Source of the DNA: Schmidtea polychroa
Lineage: Eukaryota
NCBI GenBank assembly: GCA_044892525.1
Contig: CM097885.1
Span: 12,774,001 to 12,838,000, forward strand
Length of the DNA: 64,000 nt
Direction: 5' to 3'
A program made the translations under genes and the position numbers. Below are positions 36,576 to 56,300 of the stretch, piece after piece (the stretch's first letter is position 1; the number at the start of each line of letters is the position of its first letter). The notes under the pieces were generated by a model. That model had not been told where the DNA came from. It did not search any database and saw only the letters and a list, made by a program, of their open reading frames with translations.

Positions 36576-39500
36576 TAAGCTTCAAAATAAGCTATCAATT
36601 AATAAATTCGGATAATGGGAACGATAACTTTTGGGCAAACGAAAACCTGGTCACCGCCAGACCACTTAATAATATTTTTGAATAATTATATGACATTGAA
36701 AATGATTTTTGGTTAAATGTTAATAACTTTGTCAATATTAATGGTGATGATACCTTCTATGGATCAATCGAAAGGTCTTGGACCGAGCTTTAAAATGAGC
36801 TATCGTTGAATAATATTTGTTGGCGGGAACTCTGTACATTTAAATTTTAAAATATGACCTTGAAAAATTAAATGACCTTGAAAAAATAAATGACCTTGAA
36901 AAAAAAGACCTTGAAAAAGTAAATGATCACTTAATTAAAACAAAAAATTAAATTAAAAAATGACCTTTACCTTGAAAAAATTAATGACCTTGAAAAAAAT
37001 AAATGACCTTGAAAAAAAATAAGTGACCTTGAAAAATAATATTTTGAAAAAATAAATGACCTTGAAAATGGTCTCGGGAAAACATTAATAACTTTGCCGA
37101 TGTTAATGATGATGATACCTGCTATGGCTCAATCGAAAGGTCTTAGACTCAGCTTCAAAATAAGCTATCGATTAATAAATTCGGATAATGGGAACGATAA
37201 CTTTTGGGATGAAAAAAAGTAGGAGCCCGCCCGGCCAATTAATAATATTTTGGAAAATAATAATAATTTAACATTGAAAAGATGGTGGTCATCAATTGTT
37301 AATAACATTAAAACTATTAAAGATATATAAGATACCTATAGCTCATTCGAAAGGTCTTGGACTGAGCTTTAAGATGAGGTATCGTTCAATAAAATCCGTT
37401 GGTGGGAACATTAATTTTTGGGATGAAAAAAAGTGTGAGCCCTCTGGACCAATTAATTAAAACAAAAAATTAAATTTAAAAAAAAAGTTTTTCCCGGGGG
37501 GAGGGGGTATATGTGTCGCGGGGAGCTCATGTTCTGGGGAGCTCACATCATACTACTAATAAGAAATTGATTTATTAACAGTCTAGACTTTTTTAAACTT
37601 AGTGATGGAATTAGGTAATAGAAAGTAAATTTTTTTTTAAAAAGTCTTTTACTATTTTACACTAAAATATTTCAAAAGCAATTATCATAAATTATCAACC
37701 AAATATTTGTCTTAAAAATTAAATCAAAATTAAATACTTTACAAAATTTAAGTAAAGTTTTTTAAAATTCTCAAATAAATGTTAACAATATATTAATTTA
37801 TTAATCATTATAGACTTTTTAAACTTATTATTGGAATAAAACAATAGAATGATATTCAAAATATATACAATTTAAAAATATAATTAAAATTATATACTAG
37901 GTAAAAATTTGGTAAAATGTTGGTAAAATACCTTTCACAGCTTGTTATGTAATAAAATAGACACGGCTTGTTATGTAATAAACTAGCTTAAAATATCCTC
38001 CTCACTTATAGCCTCCAATTTTTAAATATTCCATTATTTAATCACTTATAACCCCCACCCCCCCCCCGAATTTCCATTAATTATTCACTTAAAACATCCC
38101 CACAAATATTTGTTTTAAGATTTTCTTTTATTAAATTTATGAATTTTATGAAATAATTTTAAATAAATTCAATTAATATACTTCCATTCTTATCAACCTT
38201 CATCTTATCTATGCCCCTTCTCAGTATTTACCTCCCATGATCCATTAATGAATTATTCTACCAATTATTTTCACCCATTTGAATTTATCATCGAGTAATG
38301 AATAATTTCCTCACTTAAATGAAGATTCTTACCCCCCTTAATTGTTAATTTTATCAACGTTTAAAGAATATTTCTCTTTTCATTTTACATTGCTTACCAC
38401 ATTAGAAATTTTATCGAAATTATGATAATTTTACTGATTCAATGATAAATTTGAATGAGTTAATTAATATATACTCTGAGTTTATCCGACAAAATATTCT
38501 GTCCCCCTATGGGTATTGCTCACAAGGGTATTACTCACATTCAACATGTCGCAAGGGTACTGATCATAAAGGTATTTATTGCTTTTATTTGAATGATTAT
38601 TTAGGCAAATTTGTTGTTTAAGGCATTGATAACTTTTAGAGTTGATGGTTTTAGTAAATATTCAAGTAAATTTCTATCATTTTTGTGAATTTTTATCGTT
38701 TTTTGTGGATTTCCATCATTTTCATGAATTTCCATCATTTTTTGTGAATTTCTAATATTTTCATGAATTTCCGTAATTTTTTGTGGATATCTATCATTTT
38801 TGCAAATTTCATGTTTATTGAATGAATATTTAAAGCTAGTTCTAAGATAAATTTAATTAATTTCTTGATAATTGGATGAATTTTTATTGACTTGTTTTTT
38901 AATTTTAAATAAAAATTATTTTCAACGAGGTTAATAATTAGAGTTTGTACAATAATCAAGTGATAGGATAAATTTTTATGAGGATATTGAACAATTTTCT
39001 AAGAATTTCATGTTGACTGATTAAAAGTTTTAATGGTGATAAATTTAATTAAATTTAATTAATTTCTTGATAATTAGTTGTATTTTATTGAATAGTTTTT
39101 AAATAAAAATTAATTTCATTGATAATTAGGTTAATAATTAAGTGATAGAATAAATTTTTGATGACTTTGTAATGCATTTGAATAAATAATTTTCTAAGAA
39201 TATTTACACATTGATGATCTTTAGAAAACATAAGCTAAGAAACCAGTTAACTTTATCAAGGACTTTAAATTTACTTGATAATTATTGTAGGATATACAGA
39301 AATTTAGTTTGTTGTTATTGCTTGAAAATGATTGGTTGAATAGCTGAAGAATTATGATCAAACAATATATATCATTTCCAGTTAGGTATTTGATGGTAAA
39401 TATTTGTAGAAAATTTTAGTGAATTTTGATCTTTTAGTGAACTCTTATTATTTAGCTTCTAAATTATTTCAATGGAAGAATGTCTGGTGTCTATAACAAT

Positions 39501-41599
39501 TAAGTCATATTTTTGAAGTTCTCTAATGATTTTAAGAGGATTGACTGAATTAAAGGAGGATTCAAGTGGGTAGAATTAATGGATATATTCGGCTAGATGT
39601 TTAAAGGGGTAGAAATATTTGCTGAGAGATCGGTTAAGATGGGAAAATATGATCTTTTGAGGGAGATATAGTCGGTTAGATTTAATGAGAGATCGGATAA
39701 GGTAGGAATATATCATTGTAAAGGAGATATAGTCGATTGAATTTAATGAAGGATAGGTTAAGATGGGAATATATGATTTTTTAAGGGTGATGTTGGTAAA
39801 ATATCAATGTTTTAAGGGAAATTGCAATACATTAGTCACTTATGAATCAATAATAATTATATCGTTTTATTAGGTTGTGATTAATGCACAGTAAATTAAT
39901 TTAGATTTATGTCTTAGAACAATGTTTTATTAAGTAGGGATAATGATCTATTTACTTGGTTTTGACAATGAAAACTTTACAGATAATTGGGATTGATATC
40001 AACTTTAAATTATTTTTATCTTTATTTAGACGGACAACGACAAAAGTTTAGAAATATGGACTTAAAACATTGACTAAAAAAATTGATCTTTATTGGAAGA
40101 AATCTATCGATTGATTTTAATTAGTAAATATATTGGTTGAATATCGGTAAAAATGATCATTTGAAGAAATATATTTAATTGAATGGATAAATTTAATCTT
40201 TCAATGGGACCTAGTCAGTTATATTGTAGTAATATTTATTTAAAATTTCAAATAGAGTGATTTATTTTTAGAATAAAAATTTAATTATAACCGGTTTTAT
40301 CATTAGATTTCATAAATTATTTTAGGGTTAATGACCAAATTATTTTACATGTTTTATAGGAAAATATTCGTGATAATAGGAATTAAAGTTAGAATTATAG
40401 TAATTTAAAGGGGATTTTAAGCAATCTTATTAGTCTGAGGTAAATATATAACCTTTTAAGGATATTTATCATTAAAATATCAATCTTTAAAGATAGAGTT
40501 ATTTCAAGGAAATTTGATGCTTTTTAGATGATATTTGTAATAATATGAATTAAGGGTTGAAATATAGTCATTTAAGGGATTTTAAGGAATCTTATTAGTT
40601 TGAGGTGAATATATGATCTTTAACAAGTACTTATCGATAAGATACTAATCTTAAAAGATAGAGATATTTCAGGGAAATTTGATGCATTTTAGATGATTTT
40701 ATTGGAGAATTCACTTGGATATACCAATTATTGTCATTTAAATGAATTTACTGGTTTGTTAGTTTTCTAGTCTCTTTAGGAATTTAATGATAATTATTTT
40801 TATTGTAGATTGATGACATTGATAATTTTAATGAATTTATACTGATTTTTGAATATTTGGAGCAATCAGTCAATCAATTTGAGTACATGTATTACTTTTA
40901 AAAAAAATAATTAAAATTAATTTTATTTCAATTAATTTATTCAATCTAAATCAATTATCTACTAAATCTTATCTTATTCATTTATTATCTTAGTTGATTC
41001 AACTTGAATGATCAAATATTTTTTTTTATTTACTGGATGATTAATGACTAGATTTTTTTCTTGTCCATTAATTACATTTTTATAATAATTATTTGGTATA
41101 TTTTGAATAATTTAATTTTTTTTACAAAAATTTAATCAATTTTTACCTAGTTATTGGTAAATCTTAAAAGTGCCTTGAGTTCAATTAATTTTTCATCCAA
41201 TATTTTCAGGCGAAGAGCATTTTCTTTTAAAGATCAATTTGTTAGTACATAGTTGTAGGTTGTAAGTAGTTGGTTGACTTTTTCGATTTTGATAAGAAGA
41301 TAGTGTATGTGATGAAGAATATTTTGTATTTAATTGTTATTATTTTGCTATTATATTGCTATTAACTGATTGTTGGTACTTGGTATCTAGTTGTTGATAT
41401 CTTGTATTTGGTAGTTGGTACAGTGTTGTTTACTGATTGTTGTTATATAGTTGTAGGTTGATATTTGTTAATTTGTAAGTATGTGGTTGTTTGAGAGTTA
41501 GTTAGTACGTGATATCATGTTGAAAGTATTTGTTAGCACCTAGTTAAAAATATTTAGTAACCGATTGTTGGTAACTGTTTAATTATTATTATAATTATA

Positions 41600-41633
<34 letters not shown>

Positions 41634-42587
41634 CATTAAAATTTCCATTTAAATTTTCATTATAAATTACATTTCTCAAAAAAGTTGGTGGTTATTCAAT
41701 CTTTTGATAATAAATTTAAAAATCTTAGTTTAATTTACTTATTACATTACTTATTTAAAAATTATTACTTTAATTTACTCCTTTAGCTTTAATTTAAAAT
41801 TTAAACCATTGGTTACTTAATTTTAAATTTTGAACCTTAATTTTCCTTAATTTATCCTTATTTTACCTAATTATTCTTTATTTCTTAATTTTACAATATA
41901 ATTTACTTAACAACTAAATGTAATCCTTATTTTTATATTTAACCAATAATTTCATGTGGTCATCTGGTTGTAAGTGTTTGGTATCTAGTTGACAGTGCTT
42001 AGTAATAGGTAAGTTACTTGGTTGTTAGTACTTGGTTGATAATGCTTAGTGTCTGGTTGTTAGTTGGTTGTATGTACTTGGTAGGCTGTTGTAGGTACTT
42101 AGCAGTTGGTAATTAATGCTTAGTACCTAGTTGTATGTACTTGGTATCTGGTAACTGGTTGTTAGTAACTAGTTGTAGGTACTTAGTAGTTGGTTGATAA
42201 TGCTTAGTAGCTGGTTGATGTTGGTTGTATGTACTTGGTAGCAGGTAACTAGTTGTAGGTATCTGGTTGTATTTACTTGGTATCAGGTAACTGGTTGTTT
42301 GTAACTAGTTGTAGGTACTTGGTATCTGGTAATTGGTTGTAAGTATCTGGTTGTTTGAGAGTTAGTTAGTACGTGGTATCTAGTTGTAAGTACTTGGTAG
42401 CAGGTAACTGGTTGTTTGTAACTAGTTGTAGGTACTTGGTATCTGGTAATTGGTTGTAAGTATCTGGTTGTTTGAGAGTTAGTTAGTACGTGGTATCTAG
42501 TTGTAAGTACTTGGTAGCAGGTAACTGGTTGTTAGTAACTAGTTGTAGGTACTTGGTATCAGGTAATTGGTTGTTAGTAACTAGTTG
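36576..42587 (-). repeat. Arm R1 (inverted arm of unit 1, lacking its outer ~2.1 kb)
   Basis: Directly repeats 53315-59311 and stops at CTAGTTG (42587). Confidence 0.92.
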
Positions 42588-43974
42588 GTTCTAAAAATTA
42601 AATTAAAGTAAATTATGGTTCTAAAAATTAAATTAAAGTAAATAATGGTCCAAATTTTTGAATTACAGTAAATAATGGTCCAAATTTTTAAATTAAAGTA
42701 AATTATGGTCCTAAAAAATTAAATTAAAGTAAATAATGGTTCTAAAAAATTAAATTACAGTAAATTATGGCTCAAATTTTAAAATTAAAGTAAATTAAGG
42801 TTCTAAAAATTAAATTAAAGTAAATAATGGTCCAAATTTTAAAATTAAGTAATCAATGGTAAAAAAAATTTAAAATAAGTAAATTAAAGTAATAATTTTT
42901 AAATGAGTAAATTAAAGTAAATTAAAGTATGATTTTAAAATTTATTAACAAAAAGTTGAAATAATAGAAGGTGTTTGAGAATTGAAATTTTTTAATGAAA
43001 ATTTTAATGAAATAATTTTTTAAGTAATTTTTAATAGACATTTTTATGGAATAATTTTTTAAGTTCATTTTTAATGGAGATTTTTATGAAATATTTTTCA
43101 ATGTTAATTTTAGATGGAAATTTTTAAGATAATTTTTAATGAAAATTTTTTTGAAATATTTTTTAAAGACAAATTTTAATAATAATTCAACAACAAAACA
43201 ACAACTTAGTACCAACAACCAGTAACTTACGAACATGTATTAACAACCAGATACCTACAACTAGTTACTAACAAATAGTTACCTGATAGCAACCAACTAG
43301 ATACCAAGTACTAACAACCAACATCAACCAGATACCTACAACTAGTTACTAACAACTAGTTACCTGCTACCAAGTACATACAACCAACATCAACCAGCTA
43401 CTAAGCATTATCAACCAACTACTAAGTACCTACAACTAGTTACTAACAACCAGTTACCAGATACCAAGTACATACAACTAGGTACTAAGCATTAATTACC
43501 AACTACTATGTACCTACAACAGCCTACCAAGTAAATACAACCAACTAACAACCAGACACTAAGCATTATCAACCAAGTACTAACAACCAAGTAACTTACC
43601 TATTACTAAGCACTGTCAACTAGATACCAAACACTTACAACCAGATGACCACATGAAATTATTGGTTAAATATAAAAATAAGGATTACATTTAGTTGTTA
43701 AGTAAATTATATTGTAAAATTAAGAAATAAAGAATAATTAGGTAAAATAAGGATAAATTAAGGAAAATTAAGGTTCAAAATTTAAAATTAAGTAACCAAT
43801 GGTTTAAATTTTAAATTAAAGCTAAATGAGTAAATTAAAGTAATAATTTTTAAATAAGTAATGTAATAAGTAAATTAAACTAAGATTTTTAAATTTATTA
43901 TCAAAAGATTGAATAACCACCAACTTTTTTGAGAAATGTAATTTATAATGAAAATTTAAATGGAAATTTTAATG

Positions 43975-44056
<82 letters not shown>

Positions 44057-47000
44057 TATAATTATAATAATAATTAAACAGTTACCAACAATCGGTTACT
44101 AAATATTTTTAACTAGGTGCTAACAAATACTTTCAACATGATATCACGTACTAACTAACTCTCAAACAACCACATACTTACAAATTAACAAATATCAACC
44201 TACAACTATATAACAACAATCAGTAAACAACACTGTACCAACTACCAAATACAAGATATCAACAACTAGATACCAAGTACCAACAATCAGTTAATAGCAA
44301 TATAATAGCAAAATAATAACAATTAAATACAAAATATTCTTCATCACATACACTATCTTCTTATCAAAATCGAAAAAGTCAACCAACTACTTACAACCTA
44401 CAACTATGTACTAACAAATTGATCTTTAAAAGAAAATGCTCTTCGCCTGAAAATATTGGATGAAAAATTAATTGAACTCAAGGCACTTTTAAGATTTACC
44501 AATAACTAGGTAAAAATTGATTAAATTTTTGTAAAAAAAATTAAATTATTCAAAATATACCAAATAATTATTATAAAAATGTAATTAATGGACAAGAAAA
44601 AAATCTAGTCATTAATCATCCAGTAAATAAAAAAAAATATTTGATCATTCAAGTTGAATCAACTAAGATAATAAATGAATAAGATAAGATTTAGTAGATA
44701 GTTGATTTAGATTGAATAAATTAATTGAAATAAAATTAATTTTAATTATTTTTTTTAAAAGTAATACATGTACTCAAATTGATTGACTGATTGCTCCAAA
44801 TATTCAAAAATCAGTATAAATTCATTAAAATTATCAATGTCATCAATCTACAATAAAAATAATTATCATTAAATTCCTAAAGAGACTAGAAAACTAACAA
44901 ACCAGTAAATTCATTTAAATGACAATAATTGGTATATCCAAGTGAATTCTCCAATAAAATCATCTAAAATGCATCAAATTTCCCTGAAATATCTCTATCT
45001 TTTAAGATTAGTATCTTATCGATAAGTACTTGTTAAAGATCATATATTCACCTCAAACTAATAAGATTCCTTAAAATCCCTTAAATGACTATATTTCAAC
45101 CCTTAATTCATATTATTACAAATATCATCTAAAAAGCATCAAATTTCCTTGAAATAACTCTATCTTTAAAGATTGATATTTTAATGATAAATATCCTTAA
45201 AAGGTTATATATTTACCTCAGACTAATAAGATTGCTTAAAATCCCCTTTAAATTACTATAATTCTAACTTTAATTCCTATTATCACGAATATTTTCCTAT
45301 AAAACATGTAAAATAATTTGGTCATTAACCCTAAAATAATTTATGAAATCTAATGATAAAACCGGTTATAATTAAATTTTTATTCTAAAAATAAATCACT
45401 CTATTTGAAATTTTAAATAAATATTACTACAATATAACTGACTAGGTCCCATTGAAAGATTAAATTTATCCATTCAATTAAATATATTTCTTCAAATGAT
45501 CATTTTTACCGATATTCAACCAATATATTTACTAATTAAAATCAATCGATAGATTTCTTCCAATAAAGATCAATTTTTTTAGTCAATGTTTTAAGTCCAT
45601 ATTTCTAAACTTTTGTCGTTGTCCGTCTAAATAAAGATAAAAATAATTTAAAGTTGATATCAATCCCAATTATCTGTAAAGTTTTCATTGTCAAAACCAA
45701 GTAAATAGATCATTATCCCTACTTAATAAAACATTGTTCTAAGACATAAATCTAAATTAATTTACTGTGCATTAATCACAACCTAATAAAACGATATAAT
45801 TATTATTGATTCATAAGTGACTAATGTATTGCAATTTCCCTTAAAACATTGATATTTTACCAACATCACCCTTAAAAAATCATATATTCCCATCTTAACC
45901 TATCCTTCATTAAATTCAATCGACTATATCTCCTTTACAATGATATATTCCTACCTTATCCGATCTCTCATTAAATCTAACCGACTATATCTCCCTCAAA
46001 AGATCATATTTTCCCATCTTAACCGATCTCTCAGCAAATATTTCTACCCCTTTAAACATCTAGCCGAATATATCCATTAATTCTACCCACTTGAATCCTC
46101 CTTTAATTCAGTCAATCCTCTTAAAATCATTAGAGAACTTCAAAAATATGACTTAATTGTTATAGACACCAGACATTCTTCCATTGAAATAATTTAGAAG
46201 CTAAATAATAAGAGTTCACTAAAAGATCAAAATTCACTAAAATTTTCTACAAATATTTACCATCAAATACCTAACTGGAAATGATATATATTGTTTGATC
46301 ATAATTCTTCAGCTATTCAACCAATCATTTTCAAGCAATAACAACAAACTAAATTTCTGTATATCCTACAATAATTATCAAGTAAATTTAAAGTCCTTGA
46401 TAAAGTTAACTGGTTTCTTAGCTTATGTTTTCTAAAGATCATCAATGTGTAAATATTCTTAGAAAATTATTTATTCAAATGCATTACAAAGTCATCAAAA
46501 ATTTATTCTATCACTTAATTATTAACCTAATTATCAATGAAATTAATTTTTATTTAAAAACTATTCAATAAAATACAACTAATTATCAAGAAATTAATTA
46601 AATTTAATTAAATTTATCACCATTAAAACTTTTAATCAGTCAACATGAAATTCTTAGAAAATTGTTCAATATCCTCATAAAAATTTATCCTATCACTTGA
46701 TTATTGTACAAACTCTAATTATTAACCTCGTTGAAAATAATTTTTATTTAAAATTAAAAAACAAGTCAATAAAAATTCATCCAATTATCAAGAAATTAAT
46801 TAAATTTATCTTAGAACTAGCTTTAAATATTCATTCAATAAACATGAAATTTGCAAAAATGATAGATATCCACAAAAAATTACGGAAATTCATGAAAATA
46901 TTAGAAATTCACAAAAAATGATGGAAATTCATGAAAATGATGGAAATCCACAAAAAACGATAAAAATTCACAAAAATGATAGAAATTTACTTGAATATTT

Positions 47001-49081
47001 ACTAAAACCATCAACTCTAAAAGTTATCAATGCCTTAAACAACAAATTTGCCTAAATAATCATTCAAATAAAAGCAATAAATACCTTTATGATCAGTACC
47101 CTTGCGACATGTTGAATGTGAGTAATACCCTTGTGAGCAATACCCATAGGGGGACAGAATATTTTGTCGGATAAACTCAGAGTATATATTAATTAACTCA
47201 TTCAAATTTATCATTGAATCAGTAAAATTATCATAATTTCGATAAAATTTCTAATGTGGTAAGCAATGTAAAATGAAAAGAGAAATATTCTTTAAACGTT
47301 GATAAAATTAACAATTAAGGGGGGTAAGAATCTTCATTTAAGTGAGGAAATTATTCATTACTCGATGATAAATTCAAATGGGTGAAAATAATTGGTAGAA
47401 TAATTCATTAATGGATCATGGGAGGTAAATACTGAGAAGGGGCATAGATAAGATGAAGGTTGATAAGAATGGAAGTATATTAATTGAATTTATTTAAAAT
47501 TATTTCATAAAATTCATAAATTTAATAAAAGAAAATCTTAAAACAAATATTTGTGGGGATGTTTTAAGTGAATAATTAATGGAAATTCGGGGGGGGGGTG
47601 GGGGTTATAAGTGATTAAATAATGGAATATTTAAAAATTGGAGGCTATAAGTGAGGAGGATATTTTAAGCTAGTTTATTACATAACAAGCCGTGTCTATT
47701 TTATTACATAACAAGCTGTGAAAGGTATTTTACCAACATTTTACCAAATTTTTACCTAGTATATAATTTTAATTATATTTTTAAATTGTATATATTTTGA
47801 ATATCATTCTATTGTTTTATTCCAATAATAAGTTTAAAAAGTCTATAATGATTAATAAATTAATATATTGTTAACATTTATTTGAGAATTTTAAAAAACT
47901 TTACTTAAATTTTGTAAAGTATTTAATTTTGATTTAATTTTTAAGACAAATATTTGGTTGATAATTTATGATAATTGCTTTTGAAATATTTTAGTGTAAA
48001 ATAGTAAAAGACTTTTTAAAAAAAAATTTACTTTCTATTACCTAATTCCATCACTAAGTTTAAAAAAGTCTAGACTGTTAATAAATCAATTTCTTATTAG
48101 TAGTATGATGTGAGCTCCCCAGAACATGAGCTCCCCGCGACACATATACCCCCTCCCCCCCGGGAAAAACTTTTTTTTTAAATTTAATTTTTTGTTTTAA
48201 TTAATTGGTCCAGAGGGCTCACACTTTTTTTCATCCCAAAAATTAATGTTCCCACCAACGGATTTTATTGAACGATACCTCATCTTAAAGCTCAGTCCAA
48301 GACCTTTCGAATGAGCTATAGGTATCTTATATATCTTTAATAGTTTTAATGTTATTAACAATTGATGACCACCATCTTTTCAATGTTAAATTATTATTAT
48401 TTTCCAAAATATTATTATGTGGCCGGGCGGGCTCCTACTTTTTTTCATCCCAAAAGTTATCGTTCCCATTATCCGAATTTATTAATCGATAGCTTATTTT
48501 GAAGCTGAGTCTAAGACCTTTCGATTGAGCCATAGCAGGTATCATCATCATTAACATCGGCAAAGTTATTAATGTTTTCCCGAGACCATTTTCAAGGTCA
48601 TTTATTTTTTCAAAATATTATTTTTCAAGGTCACTTATTTTTTTTCAAGGTCATTTATTTTTTTCAAGGTCATTAATTTTTTCAAGGTAAAGGTCATTTT
48701 TTAATTTAATTTTTTGTTTTAATTAAGTGATCATTTACTTTTTCAAGGTCTTTTTTTTCAAGGTCATTTATTTTTTCAAGGTCATTTAATTTTTCAAGGT
48801 CATATTTTAAAATTTAAATGTACAGAGTTCCCGCCAACAAATATTATTCAACGATGGCTCATTTTAAAGCTCGGTCCAAGACCTTTCGATTGATCCATAG
48901 AAGGTATCATCACCATTAATATTGACAAAGTTATTAACATTTAACCAAAAATCATTTTCAATGTCATATAATTATTCAAAAATATTATTAAGTGGTCTGG
49001 CGGTGACCAGGTTTTCGTTTGCCCAAAAGTTATCGTTCCCATTATCCGAATTTATTAATTGATAGCTTATTTTGAAGCTTA
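42586..49081 (+). repeat. Arm L2 (left arm of unit 2, lacking its outer ~0.85 kb)
   Basis: Directly repeats 25944-32363, starting at TGGTTCTAAAAATT. Confidence 0.92.
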
Positions 49082-53314
<4,233 letters not shown>

Positions 53315-56300
53315 TAAGCTTCAAAATAAGCTATCAATTAATAAATTCGGATAATGGGAACGATAACTTTTGGGCAAACGAAAACCTGGTCACCGCCAGA
53401 CCACTTAATAATATTTTTGAATAATTATATGACATTGAAAATGATTTTTGGTTAAATGTTAATAACTTTGTCAATATTAATGGTGATGATACCTTCTATG
53501 GATCAATCGAAAGGTCTTGGACCGAGCTTTAAAATGAGCTATCGTTGAATAATATTTGTTGGCGGGAACTCTGTACATTTAAATTTTAAAATATGACCTT
53601 GAAAAATTAAATGACCTTGAAAAAATAAATGACCTTGAAAAAGTAAATGATCACTTAATTAAAACAAAAAATTAAATTAAAAAATGACCTTTACCTTGAA
53701 AAAATTAATGACCTTGAAAAAAATAAATGACCTTGAAAAAAAATAAGTGACCTTGAAAAATAATATTTTGAAAAAATAAATGACCTTGAAAATGGTCTCG
53801 GGAAAACATTAATAACTTTGCCGATGTTAATGATGATGATACCTGCTATGGCTCAATCGAAAGGTCTTAGACTCAGCTTCAAAATAAGCTATCGATTAAT
53901 AAATTCGGATAATGGGAACGATAACTTTTGGGATGAAAAAAAGTAGGAGCCCGCCCGGCCAATTAATAATATTTTGGAAAATAATAATAATTTAACATTG
54001 AAAAGATGGTGGTCATCAATTGTTAATAACATTAAAACTATTAAAGATATATAAGATACCTATAGCTCATTCGAAAGGTCTTGGACTGAGCTTTAAGATG
54101 AGGTATCGTTCAATAAAATCCGTTGGTGGGAACATTAATTTTTGGGATGAAAAAAAGTGTGAGCCCTCTGGACCAATTAATTAAAACAAAAAATTAAATT
54201 TAAAAAAAAAGTTTTTCCCGGGGGGAGGGGGTATATGTGTCGCGGGGAGCTCATGTTCTGGGGAGCTCACATCATACTACTAATAAGAAATTGATTTATT
54301 AACAGTCTAGACTTTTTTAAACTTAGTGATGGAATTAGGTAATAGAAAGTAAATTTTTTTTTAAAAAGTCTTTTACTATTTTACACTAAAATATTTCAAA
54401 AGCAATTATCATAAATTATCAACCAAATATTTGTCTTAAAAATTAAATCAAAATTAAATACTTTACAAAATTTAAGTAAAGTTTTTTAAAATTCTCAAAT
54501 AAATGTTAACAATATATTAATTTATTAATCATTATAGACTTTTTAAACTTATTATTGGAATAAAACAATAGAATGATATTCAAAATATATACAATTTAAA
54601 AATATAATTAAAATTATATACTAGGTAAAAATTTGGTAAAATGTTGGTAAAATACCTTTCACAGCTTGTTATGTAATAAAATAGACACGGCTTGTTATGT
54701 AATAAACTAGCTTAAAATATCCTCCTCACTTATAGCCTCCAATTTTTAAATATTCCATTATTTAATCACTTATAACCCCCACCCCCCCCCGAATTTCCAT
54801 TAATTATTCACTTAAAACATCCCCACAAATATTTGTTTTAAGATTTTCTTTTATTAAATTTATGAATTTTATGAAATAATTTTAAATAAATTCAATTAAT
54901 ATACTTCCATTCTTATCAACCTTCATCTTATCTATGCCCCTTCTCAGTATTTACCTCCCATGATCCATTAATGAATTATTCTACCAATTATTTTCACCCA
55001 TTTGAATTTATCATCGAGTAATGAATAATTTCCTCACTTAAATGAAGATTCTTACCCCCCTTAATTGTTAATTTTATCAACGTTTAAAGAATATTTCTCT
55101 TTTCATTTTACATTGCTTACCACATTAGAAATTTTATCGAAATTATGATAATTTTACTGATTCAATGATAAATTTGAATGAGTTAATTAATATATACTCT
55201 GAGTTTATCCGACAAAATATTCTGTCCCCCTATGGGTATTGCTCACAAGGGTATTACTCACATTCAACATGTCGCAAGGGTACTGATCATAAAGGTATTT
55301 ATTGCTTTTATTTGAATGATTATTTAGGCAAATTTGTTGTTTAAGGCATTGATAACTTTTAGAGTTGATGGTTTTAGTAAATATTCAAGTAAATTTCTAT
55401 CATTTTTGTGAATTTTTATCGTTTTTTGTGGATTTCCATCATTTTCATGAATTTCCATCATTTTTTGTGAATTTCTAATATTTTCATGAATTTCCGTAAT
55501 TTTTTGTGGATATCTATCATTTTTGCAAATTTCATGTTTATTGAATGAATATTTAAAGCTAGTTCTAAGATAAATTTAATTAATTTCTTGATAATTGGAT
55601 GAATTTTTATTGACTTGTTTTTTAATTTTAAATAAAAATTATTTTCAACGAGGTTAATAATTAGAGTTTGTACAATAATCAAGTGATAGGATAAATTTTT
55701 ATGAGGATATTGAACAATTTTCTAAGAATTTCATGTTGACTGATTAAAAGTTTTAATGGTGATAAATTTAATTAAATTTAATTAATTTCTTGATAATTAG
55801 TTGTATTTTATTGAATAGTTTTTAAATAAAAATTAATTTCATTGATAATTAGGTTAATAATTAAGTGATAGAATAAATTTTTGATGACTTTGTAATGCAT
55901 TTGAATAAATAATTTTCTAAGAATATTTACACATTGATGATCTTTAGAAAACATAAGCTAAGAAACCAGTTAACTTTATCAAGGACTTTAAATTTACTTG
56001 ATAATTATTGTAGGATATACAGAAATTTAGTTTGTTGTTATTGCTTGAAAATGATTGGTTGAATAGCTGAAGAATTATGATCAAACAATATATATCATTT
56101 CCAGTTAGGTATTTGATGGTAAATATTTGTAGAAAATTTTAGTGAATTTTGATCTTTTAGTGAACTCTTATTATTTAGCTTCTAAATTATTTCAATGGAA
56201 GAATGTCTGGTGTCTATAACAATTAAGTCATATTTTTGAAGTTCTCTAATGATTTTAAGAGGATTGACTGAATTAAAGGAGGATTCAAGTGGGTAGAATT

